DNA from: Vicugna vicugna
Taxonomy: Eukaryota
NCBI GenBank assembly: GCA_013265495.1
Contig: MU058039.1
Location: 808,591-872,590 of the forward strand
Length of the DNA stretch: 64,000 nucleotides
Direction: 5' to 3'
The position numbers and the translations under genes were made by a program. This document shows, piece after piece, positions 13,330 to 23,000 of this stretch. Each line of letters begins with the position of its first letter. Within the stretch, counting starts at the first letter, position 1. The notes below the pieces were generated by a model. The model worked only from the letters and a program-made list of their open reading frames with translations. It did no database searches and was not told the DNA's origin.

Positions 13330-14344
13330 ACACAGAACAAGTTAATTCACAGCAGAGGCAGGCAATAAAGGAGACTCATTTGCAAGGAGGGGCACGCCTG
13401 GATTGGGGGAGACCCCCCCCAAACCCACCACCTCCCCCACTTGCAGTCTCAATTTCCCTTTTTTTTAAAACCCGAACAACAAACACACACAACCACAAGA
13501 AACAACCACGCCCCCTCGCTGCCCTGAAAATGGCCAGTGAGGGTGGCAGGGGGCAGCCCGGCCTGGCCGGTAGGGAATCGGGGCAGGAGGAGGAGGAAAA
13601 TCTAGTCCTTTGCAGAGTCTGTGCTTCTCATTCCAGCAGGCGCTGGGCAGGGGCCCGCCTTGCCCCACCGGCGACGGCGACGGCCATGGCAGGCACGGTG
13701 GGCAGGGCTCTCAGGGAAGGAGCAGGAACGGAGTTCAGAACCATGGTTCACATCATGCAGTATCCACGGTGGGCGCCAAGAGGGGTCAAGGGGTGGACAC
13801 CACACCCACCTGCCCCGGGCACCGGGGGCATGGTGCCCACCTTGGGTGGGGAGGTGGGACTGGTGGGGAGGGACCGCCAGGCGGGAAGCCGGCAGACTGG
13901 TGCCCAGTAGATGCGCTCAGCAGTGCCCCCCACCCCGCACCCAGCCAGGCCTTATAGGACTCTTTGTATATATTAATTTCTTTTTTTTTTTAGCTTTTTG
14001 ATTTTTTTCTTTAGAAAAAGGTTGTGTCTGTGCCCCCAGCTGGCATCCACCACCCCTCGTGCCCGCCCAGAGGCGGGGTATGGCTTTGAGGGGAGCAGAA
14101 GCCCCTGGTGCTCATTTGCCAAGGGGTGGGGAAGGAGGGAGGAAGGGAGAGGGCCCTGCCGGGCCCCTCAACCCACAGGGCGAACATTCCACTTGCACAG
14201 AGGGGAGGGGGTGGCCCAGCCCCATCTCGGGCTCCCCCTCGCCCCTCCCACTGTGGGGCATTAAGGATGAGGAGAGAGTGGAGGAACTCCAAGAGGCAGG
14301 TAGGCAAGCACCACCCCAGAGGTCCAGGTGAGCCAGAGCCAGGC

Positions 14345-14415
14345 CTAGGTGAGGGTGATGTAGGCAGAGGCCTTCTCTTTCAGGTGCCGAAGACAGAGGT
14401 GACAACTCCAGCTCC
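14345..14415 (-). CDS. DPF1: DPF1 exon 12 (end of PHD2, stop codon)
   Basis: acag| acceptor. Encodes (G)[22 protein letters not shown], then TAG. Confidence 0.96.
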
Positions 14416-14563
14416 CTGTGGGGTGGCCGGGGGACAGGGAGTTAGGCCCAGGTCTGGGGAGGGCTGCCTCAACCCCCTCCCACCCGTGGCCACAATCTTC
14501 TGCAGCAGGAAGACCAGTTTCCAACACCCCCCACCCCTGTGTCATACCCTCCTCTCCTCTCAC

Positions 14564-14645
14564 CTTCCGGGGGCTCGGCCATGGGGGGACTCAGGCAGTA
14601 CATGTGGTAACCCCGATCGCAGTCGTCACAAAACAGCAGCTGGTC
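14564..14645 (-). CDS. DPF1: DPF1 exon 11 (PHD2); an alternative upstream acceptor extends it to 14675
   Basis: ccag|[27 protein letters not shown]|gtgaga, 82 nt. A second in-frame CAG acceptor 30 nt upstream adds [10 protein letters not shown]. Confidence 0.96.
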
Positions 14646-15235
14646 CTGGGGGGTGAGACCCGCCCAGCTGGCACCCTGGGGGCACGGGGGCCAGAAACCG
14701 GGGTGGGGGGCGGGGGCAGGGGCCAGGTCAAAGGGGCTAGGGGCGGTGGTCCCTTCCAAAGACAAAGGGCTCGGAGAAGGTCATCTTTGCAAAACTCTGC
14801 TGGGCTGAGCAAAACCCCCCTGAGAGACTGTCAGTTTGCAGTTTGTAGTTTGGGTTTAATAAGATTCTGTGGGACCCTTAAAATGACACTGTGATGGCCT
14901 GGCAGCAGTGAACATGGGTTTGGGTCCCAGCTGTGCCATTTTCCTAGTTGGGTGGCCTCAGGCAAGTCTATCCCCCTCTCTGAGTTCAGTTTCTTCTCTG
15001 TGAAGTGGGAACAAGAGCGCCTACCTCAGGACAGTCTGGAGGAGCCAGAGAGTGAAGAGCATTAAGTGCCGGGCTCAGTTAATGGACACGAGCAATACTA
15101 ATTTTACAGGGGACTAGTGTTCACGGGGCGGTGGGGGGCCTCCAGGGAAAGACTTTAGGCCCAACTGGCAAAGGCCGAGGTGCCAGGTGGGGCATCCACC
15201 TAGGGGCGTGTCCCAGGGAGGGGGAGGGCACTCAC

Positions 15236-15348
15236 GTCGTTCTCCGAGGTGCCACACAGGCTGCAGGACTTGCACTCGATGCACTGCCAGCGGTAGGTCC
15301 GCACGGCCGCCGTCATGTTCACCGTGAACTGTAAACACGAGGGGTGTC
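15236..15348 (-). CDS. DPF1: DPF1 exon 10 (PHD1/PHD2)
   Basis: ccag|(G)[37 protein letters not shown]|gtgagt, 113 nt. Confidence 0.97.
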
Positions 15349-15527
15349 CTGGGGGCCGAGGGGCAGGGATGCGGTTAGGGGTCTTCGTGCCCCTGGTGGC
15401 CACTGACTCCTGGGGAAGAACTGCACAGCCCCCCATCCCTGGCTCACAAGGCCTGTGAGCTGCTGTGGCCCATGGCCTGACCCTGCCCAGCCCACAGTGC
15501 CCAGCACCCGTCCGGCAGGCAGCGCCG

Positions 15528-16260
15528 CCATGGCCACCAGTCTCCTGCCCAGCCACCATGGCAACCGCACTCTGCTCCCCAGAACACCATGGCAACCGCA
15601 TTCCATTACCCACAGTGCTGTGGCAACCACTTTCTACCACCCACAACACCGGGCAGCCACATTCTGTTAACCGCTGTGCTGAGGCAGCCACATTCCATTA
15701 CCCACAGCAGAATGGCCAACCGGTTCTGTTAACCGCAGTAACGTGGCAACCACAGTCTCCTAGCCACGATGCCATGGCTGCCACTTTCCACCGAGGGGTC
15801 CCCGCACCCCCCGGCAACCCAAGCCTATTGCACACGCTGCCCCAGCAACTACAGTTACCAACAGGTTTGCACAATGTGCCAACCCTACTGGTCAGCCCAC
15901 CACCCAGTGCAGACGCCCAGCCATTACCCCAGGCCACTAGGGCTCCCTTCCGCTACACCCAATCTCCATGACAATGGTGTTTCACTACACATAATACCGT
16001 GACAACCACAATTCATTAGCCATCATGCTGAGGTGACCACAGTCTACTGCCCACAAGTCCACGTTGGGAAACCACATTCTATTAACCACAACCCCATGGC
16101 CAGCACCCTGTTATCCACAGCACCCAGGCAGCGGCAATCTATTACTATCACAACCCACTACGCACAATGTCTTAGCAACCATCTCTCACTGGTCCCCACT
16201 ATCTGATAAGCACATACCAGTACCCGAAATGCCATGCCAACCACATCCCATTATTCCCAG
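15528..16260. repeat. Degenerate ~31-bp-period tandem array in DPF1 intron 9
   Basis: GGCAACC-like cores recur at 15560, 15591, 15622, 15652, 15683, 15714, 15745 and 15776, and again at 15970, 16001 and 16032. Approximate unit: CCATGGCAACCACATTCYATTACCCACARYR. Confidence 0.85.
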
Positions 16261-16439
16261 AGCCTCCCTGACCCCACTCAGTTTCCCACAATACTCAGCG
16301 GTTGAGTCTGGTTATCCTCAGTCCCCTGGGATGCTCTGCATCCCTCTCAGTCCTCACTCCTCTGCTTCCTATCCTCCACATCTGGGTTCCAGGAATCCTC
16401 TCCACCCTGGCCCCCAGAAACTTCAGGTGGAGGCATCAC

Positions 16440-16559
16440 CTGATCGCCCACAGTCAGCACAGGAGATGAGGTCCTCGGGACACCCCGTCTTCTTGGAGCC
16501 ACCCAGACAGAAGTCACAGTAGCCATTGGGGATGACAGTACCGTCAGGAGCCTTCTTGG
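16440..16559 (-). CDS. DPF1: DPF1 exon 9 (start of PHD1)
   Basis: ttgcag|(A)[39 protein letters not shown]|gtgatg, 120 nt. Confidence 0.96.
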
Positions 16560-16649
16560 CTGCAAGACAGTAGGCAGGGGTTGGCGTGGGCAGGCGGGTA
16601 CTCAGTCAAAGGCTGCTGTGGAGGTAGGGGCGGAGGGAGGCGTCCCTAC

Positions 16650-16700
16650 CTGTGTGTTTCCTCTGTGCCTCAGGGACCCAGGCCAATTCTTTGTAAAATT
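16650..16700 (-). CDS. DPF1: DPF1 exon 8 (51 nt, symmetric phase)
   Basis: cccag|(Q)FYKELAWVPEAQRKHT|gtaggg. Confidence 0.93.
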
Positions 16701-17428
16701 CTGGGAGTGGGGGACAGAGAGAGGGGCTCTCACCATAGGCAAGGTTCCACCCTGCCCCCAGTCTCAGCCCCAGGGGTGGACCCCTTGTCCAGGTGTGGAC
16801 GGGGTGGGGAGAGGGAGTATCTACCCCAAAATGTGGGCAGTAGCAAAAGAGAGTTGGAGGAGCCCAAATAATTCTCATCAGGAACCCACCAACTCTTTGA
16901 GCACAACTGATATGTCCTCTTTATTAGGTGAAAACTTGGCAGATACAGCTTTAGGAAGAGCCCCCAGCTTCCCCACTCATACACACTTCTACCACACTGC
17001 CACCCCCAATGAAGCCCTGTCTAAATAAAAATTAGGTAGATACCACTGGCCAAGATCGGGTATGGAGACAGACACTCAGAAGGAAAATTCTGAACACAGA
17101 GGTGCCTGGGTGTGTAGTGGGAATGGGATAAAGAGACTGCCCTCTTCTGCCAAGGGGTGGGTGGGGAGATGGTTTCTCCACTGGCAGAGGCTCCCCACAG
17201 CCTCCCCCAATCCCTCAGCTGTCTGGGTTGGCATGGGATTGGCATGGGTAGAAGCCAAGGGTTCCCAGGCCACGGACCCTGCCCCTCAGCCAAAGCTTAG
17301 AGAAGGGAGAAAGGGAGGCAGGGAGAGAGGGGAGTCATCTATCACCCCCCTCCCCAAGCTCTAATTGAAACAATAAATCAGACCCAGAAATATTACGCCC
17401 GGCCGGGAGCGAGGGAGAGAGATGGTTG

Positions 17429-17442
17429 GTTGCCATGGCAAC
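17429..17442. promoter_or_regulatory. Perfect palindromic RFX X-box GTTGCCATGGCAAC in DPF1 intron 7
   Basis: Exact match to the canonical palindromic X-box. The palindrome extends to 16 bp (17428-17443). Confidence 0.7.
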
Positions 17443-17592
17443 CCCAGAGCCAGCATCCCCTTGGTTGGTGGGGGGAGGGGACCGCTGAGCTGGAGATTTT
17501 CCAGAAATGTCTAACGTGCCCCCTCCCTCCCAGGCTCCTTAGCCCCCACTCCTAGGGCCCCTCACCACCCCACTCCCTGCCCGCCTGCTCAC

Positions 17593-17724
17593 GTTTATGG
17601 TTGTTTTTCCGGTGGAAGGGTAGGGCGTGGCGTTCGGCATTCTCCTCCCCCTCCTCCTCAGCCAGGTGGGTGTGGGTGTAGTGGTAGCTGAGCCCTGGCC
17701 GGTTCTTATACCGTTTCCCACAGA
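17593..17724 (-). CDS. DPF1: DPF1 exon 7 (most of the C2H2 zinc finger; frame-preserving)
   Basis: ccag|(I)[43 protein letters not shown]|gtgagc, 132 nt. Confidence 0.96.
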
Positions 17725-17924
17725 CTGGAGAGTGAGCAGGGAGGGCCAGTCAGCCCTCCCAGCCCATGCTGCCTCCACCCTGGCCTCCAGGATCACACCT
17801 CCCCACTCTGCCAGAGGCCTAAGCATCCCCCCACCAGGATCCAGCACAGGAGGGAGGGAGCCAGGAGGGGAGAGGTCTCTGGGCCCCCTTCTCTCTCTCT
17901 TCCCCCCTCTTCAGAAGGACTCAC

Positions 17925-18003
17925 TATCACAGACATACGGCTTGTCTCGGTCCTCCAGGGAAGCGGTGTCCTGGCGTTTCCGGAGACCTCCGATGCCATA
18001 TGC
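17925..18003 (-). CDS. DPF1: DPF1 exon 6
   Basis: ccag|[26 protein letters not shown]|gtgagt, 79 nt. Confidence 0.96.
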
Positions 18004-18395
18004 CTGGGGGAAGAGTCAGGAGTGAGAGGCCAAGAAAGGGAAGGAACTGAAAGAATTTTTATCACTTGGGCCTGTAAGTCAAATCGCAGCTCTGCCACTT
18101 TCTAGCTGTGGGCCTTGAGAAACTCCCTTGACCTCTACGAGATTCACTTTCCTCATCCATGGCCCAGTGTGAAGACTGTCCTAACCCACTGTACAATCTC
18201 TGTTTTGCAAATGGTTTAATATACCTGAGCCTCAACTGCCTTGTCTGTAAAATGGGCATAAAAATCCCCTACCCCTTCAGGCTTCCCTGGGGATTAAATG
18301 AGGTCACACTGGGGCAGGGACTGAACGTGGTGCATACCCAATCAGTGGGCCTGCACTGACGGGAGGAGTGATGAGGAGAAACTCAGGAGTGATAC

Positions 18396-18485
18396 CTTTC
18401 CTTTGGCCCTGTTCTTCCTCCTGGGAATGTCATCCTCCAAGTCTTCCACTTCGAGATCATGTGGAAACTCCAGCAGCTGCTGTTT
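18396..18485 (-). CDS. DPF1: DPF1 exon 5
   Basis: ccag|[30 protein letters not shown]|gtatca, 90 nt. Confidence 0.96.
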
Positions 18486-18747
18486 CTGGGCATCAAGAGA
18501 AAGGAGACTGAGGTCAAGAAAATAGGGGCGCTTTTCTGCTTTGTAGGGGGTTGGGGGGCAGAGCGGAGATTAGGGGTGGCAGGGCAAATCAGGAGGTCTT
18601 CCAAAAAGAGATGAGGTACAGAAGGATGGAGCCTTAGGCTGCCCAAAGGCCCTAGGGTGCCAGGGGAGATTTCAGGATGGGAACAGGGTGGACCAGGGCA
18701 GGAGGCTGCGGGGAGAGGGCAGCTGCAGCCCCCGGGGGTGGTTCTAC

Positions 18748-18875
18748 CTGACAGTCCATAATGGTCTCCTCCTCCTTTAGCTCAATCTTCTTCTCCCCCG
18801 TCTCTGCGCACAGTAGAGCCTCAAGGACTGGCCCTTCCGGAAGGCCGCCCTCCTTCTTCAAGGGCACTTCACAGT
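18748..18875 (-). CDS. DPF1: DPF1 exon 4
   Basis: ccag|(D)[42 protein letters not shown]|gtagaa, 128 nt. Confidence 0.96.
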
Positions 18876-20252
18876 CTGGGGACAAGGCCATGGTGGGGGA
18901 AGGGGTCAGGCAGAGAAGTCATCCCTGGTGGACTCTTCAAACTGCCCAGATTGGGGAACCATGCTCTGTGCTGGAGGGAAGAGGACTTCCCAACCTCAAC
19001 CAGCAACAAACTCAAAGATTCAACCACACATCCTGGAAAAGATGCCTAGACCTTGGGGAAGGCAGAGCCAGACCCTCAGAGCCACTTGAACACACTCAGG
19101 GGGAGACAAGGCCAGACCTTCATATATACCTAGATACATGTAGGAGACCCGCGCCCCACCCCCTCCAGATCCTTACATCTGGAGAGAACAGACACTCAAA
19201 ACAGGATACACACAGACATAGACAGGGAAGATACAGGCAGATCATCTGAGACAGCTAAACAAAGAGACAGACCCAGACACATGGAGGAGACACAGCCAGA
19301 CCCTTGGGTACACCCAGAGACACTCAGAAAGAGACTATTAGACCATCAGAAACACCCAGATCCACTTGGGAAAGACACAGCCAGACCCCACCATACACCT
19401 GAACACACTTAGAGAAGATACAGACACACCTAGAGAGAACCACTCAGATGGGTACACATATACACAGGGGATATAGACAGTCCCTCTGAAGCAGACACAC
19501 CCCAGCAGACACAGCCAGGTGGACCCACACAGATTCTTGGATATACCCAGACAAGGGAAGGGAAACAGCCAGTGACTCTGATAGTACTGGACACACTCAA
19601 GAAGTGATAAGGCCAGACTCTCGGTTAGAGCAGCACACATGGGGTCGAAACACACCTCATATACCAGACACTCGAGGAAGAGATTCTCCCCGACATTCTG
19701 AAGCATCTGGCCCTCAAAGAAAGAGACAGCCGGACACCCTGATCCACCCACACTCAGGAACAGCTGCACACTCTGATAGACCAGACACACCCAAGGGGAA
19801 GTAAACCTTCTAATATACTTAGAAACACCTGACAAGAGACACAGACACTGAAATCCACTCTATGACCAACGGAAGGAGTTACAACCGGACACTCTGACAC
19901 ACCCAGAGACACTCAGGCACCCACAGGAAGAAATATAGGCAGACACTCTGATACATCCCAGCTCAAAGGGAAGGGATACAAAGACTGGGTTCACCTAGAC
20001 ACATGACAGGTACCACTCTCCTGGAATTCGCCTGGGCCCAAGGAGGAGAAGATACAGTCCAAAGTTCGGTCACTCAAGGAAACCTTGGAGAATCTTTGGA
20101 CTACACCCAGACACACGGGGGCAGACACACAGCCAGCCACTCAGACACTGGCTAGGAGGGACATAAAGGCAGATGCTCAGACGCACACCAGCAGCACCAC
20201 ACACTCCGCGGCCTGTGCTGGGGGCACCGATGGAGGACGAAGCTCCACTCAC

Positions 20253-20360
20253 CGATCTTGTACTCGCAGGGTCTGAGTCTGGGGTCCTCCAGGATGTTGA
20301 GTCTCCGTTTCTTTCTCCAGCAGCGGGCGGGGTACGTATAGATCTGTCCTGGGGCCAAAC
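20253..20360 (-). CDS. DPF1: DPF1 exon 3 (end of Requiem N-terminal domain, basic NLS-like RKKRR)
   Basis: ccag|(G)[35 protein letters not shown]|gtgagt, 108 nt. Confidence 0.97.
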
Positions 20361-20435
20361 CTGGAGTGAGAAGTCGGGTAAGAACGCGGCCGCGAAGCCG
20401 CCGCGCCGCCCCACCCCCGCCCTCCCTGCAGGTAC

Positions 20436-20596
20436 CCGGCCCGCGGTGGGTCTTCTCCATCCAGATGTAGCAGTTGTTCTGGGCCACGCCGGTCTGCGAG
20501 TCAAGGAAGGGCAGGCGCAGGCTGCGCTCGGCGCACAGGCGTGCGTTGTAGCTGCGGCAGTGCTCGATGGCCTCGCGGTAGAAGTCCTCGCCTAGG
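20436..20596 (-). CDS. DPF1: DPF1 exon 2 (Requiem/DPF N-terminal domain)
   Basis: gcag|(S)[53 protein letters not shown]|gtacct, 161 nt. Confidence 0.97.
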
Positions 20597-21545
20597 CTGC
20601 GAGGGGCGGGTGAGCGGGCGGGCAGCTGTCAGCAAGGGCAGGCGCACCCGGTCGCCCAGCACCCCTCCCCCAGCCCGCCCGTCGAGAGTGGGTGGGCCGA
20701 CTCCTCCAACCTCGCCTCTCCCCTCCAGTCGCCCCTGGACCCAGGAACCCCCAACCTGGGGCTTAAGCAGGCCTCGAGCCAACAACGAGTGGATACACAC
20801 AATATAGAAACAGACAAAAATACACCGAGACCCATCCGTACAGGCACATATCCAAATCCACAACTCAAACGAATGGCACATAGTCGCACTGGATTCACAC
20901 ACAAAGAGAGACATATCCCAAGACTCACAAAGGAGAAATTGACACATCTCACATATGTGCACACACAAATATCTACTGAAAAACACAAATATCTCAAGTC
21001 CCATAATGTAGAAACAGACAGATCACACACATTTCCTTGCGTAAATATACAATCACCCAACAAAGACACACAACATGCAAACAGATCACACACTACACAC
21101 ACTTATGCGTCCAAAGATACACACAGATACACAAATGTTAAAAGAGAAAAAATGTTAAAATAAACTACCCACATATGCACTTACACATATATCCAAAGGC
21201 ACAACACAAATCTCACACACACACACACACATACACACTATCCAGATACAGTATACAAAGAAATCATAGATTCACACAGGAGACACAAAGATACACAATA
21301 TAGAAGCCAACATCTAAAATGCCACATATTCAGACACACAAAGATACACACATACACAACATAGAAACAGGCAAATCCACTCATATTCACACAAAAATTT
21401 GCACATAAATACATGCATACCTACATATCCAATGACACAGAACACAAATGATGTACAGTTTCAAAGGACATGCACACACACTCAAAGACGCAAATATCCA
21501 AAGGTACCTAGTGTGGAATAAAAGAAATTAAACACATATCCACAC

Positions 21546-21859
21546 ATATCCAAAAAAAAAAAGCAGAAAACCCCAAACCAGGAAGCAGACAAGTGACACA
21601 GACTCCACATCCCAAGACAAAGGTAATACAGGCTTCACTCAAGTTTACCGAGGCCCCTGCGCCCCTAGGCCATTTCACCTTCTCCCCAACCCCGGGGGTC
21701 GAATATCCAAAAAAAAAAAAGCAGAAAACCCCAAACCAGGACGCAGACAAGTGACACAGACTCCACATCCCAAGACAAAGGTAATACAGGCTTCACTCAA
21801 GTTTACCGAGGCCCCTGCGCCCCTAGGCCATTTCACCTTCTCCCCAACCCCGGGGGTCG
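21546..21859. repeat. Near-perfect tandem duplication (156 + 157 bp)
   Basis: 21546-21701 is repeated at 21703-21859. The copies differ by one substitution (ggaagcag/ggacgcag) and by A11 versus A12. Confidence 0.95.
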
Positions 21860-21979
21860 CAGGGCGGGACATGACCCCCTTTTCCGAAGAGGACCCGAAG
21901 AGGACTCCGAGTTCCCCATACTCTCCACTCCTCCAGGAGCAGCGCGTTGAACACAGTTCTTGCCAGAGACCCATAGTCA

Positions 21980-22400
21980 CACACACTCGCAACCCCGTGC
22001 AGCCCGGCCCACGGTGACAGCCCCCCAGACACCCCATCGGCCCCACCCCCAGCCGCCACACACACACGCCCGCGAGGACCCGCCTGCGCGCCCTCCCCCG
22101 CCTCCCGCCGGCCCGCAGCACCTCAGGGGGCCGGGGATGACCGTGGCCATCTTGCTCCCCGGGTCCTGCCCCCAGCAGGTCCCCGCCGGGCTGGTCCTCC
22201 CAGCGCTCGGGCGGGCGCTGAGGCCGCCCATCCATTCATTCCCGGGGGGCGGGAGCGCCGGGGCCACCGCCAATCAGGACGGCGGGGCGGGCCCGCGCGG
22301 GCCATGCTGGGAGTGGTAGTTCCAGGCCTGGGGCTGGCCGGACCCCGCGGGGAAAGGGGTCAGAGGTAGGGCCTGGGGCACGCACAGCCACTCACGCACG
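21980..22400. promoter_or_regulatory. DPF1: CpG island / DPF1 proximal promoter
   Basis: Dense CpG. CCAAT at 22270-22274, GC box at about 22282-22291, and a ZNF143/SBS-like GAACTACCACTCCCAG on - at 22307-22322. Confidence 0.8.
22122..22231 (-). CDS. DPF1: DPF1 proximal first coding exon (ATG 22231; internal ATG 22150)
   Basis: MGGLSARPSAGRTSPAGTCWGQDPGSKMATVIPGPL, phase-2 donor ag|gtgctg. Joining exons 1-12 gives 1245 nt, or 414 aa plus stop. Confidence 0.9.
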
Positions 22401-22805
22401 CTCACTCATGCACACCTCTGAGTCTCACACTTGGGCCTACACTCACACATGTACACCTGGACTCGCACACACCCACCCACGGCAGCTTACACACACATTC
22501 ACACGTATCCTCACAGCTCCCACGCAGACGCACGCACACTCCCTGTCCCACACCTTCGCACAGACTCACATACATTTACACTCACTTCAGTGCTAAGAGA
22601 CTTAGAGACACCTTACAGGTGCCCACACAAAAGTCCCACCAACGCGTGACTCACTGACACCGCCCCCTCCCCCCAGTCCCTTCTAGCTCCAGAGAACCTT
22701 CTCAGGTCCCCTTTGGGGCTGTCGCTCTCACAGTGAGCCTGCCCTGCTCCACCCCTTCCCAGGCCTGACAGCATCCGTGCCAGTTAGGAGCTATAGCCAT
22801 GCCTC

Positions 22806-23000
22806 CTGGGTTCAAATCCTGGCTCTGCTCCTTGGTGGCCACGTGACCTTGGGCAAATGACTTAAACTTTCTGGGCCTCAGTTTCCTCATCTGTAAAGTG
22901 AGGATGATACCTCATTGGATTATTGGGAGGATTAAATGAGGAAGTATGCATAAAGTGTTTTAAAAGTTTCTTGGCAGATAGTAGGTGTTCAATAAACTCA
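22806..23000 (+). mobile_element. MIR SINE (representative; others near 14900-15100, 18070-18330, 42330-42540, 45850-46050)
   Basis: MIR core: ggttcaaatcctggctctg...gtgaccttgggcaaatgacttaa...cctcagtttcctcatctgtaaagtgagg. Confidence 0.8.

Noticed and set aside
13364..13369. AATAAA on + inside the DPF1 3'UTR region
   Set aside because: Wrong strand for DPF1. It could be a distal SIPA1L3 signal, but nothing in the sequence supports that over the 10913 site.
15200..15971. 163-aa and 168-aa ORFs through the 31-bp array
   Set aside because: The 31-bp period is not a multiple of 3. The minus-strand ORF is simply exon 10 read into its intron.
15528..16260. CRISPR-like repeat/spacer appearance of the array
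   Set aside because: Mammalian intron, degenerate cores, spacers related to one another, and no cas genes.
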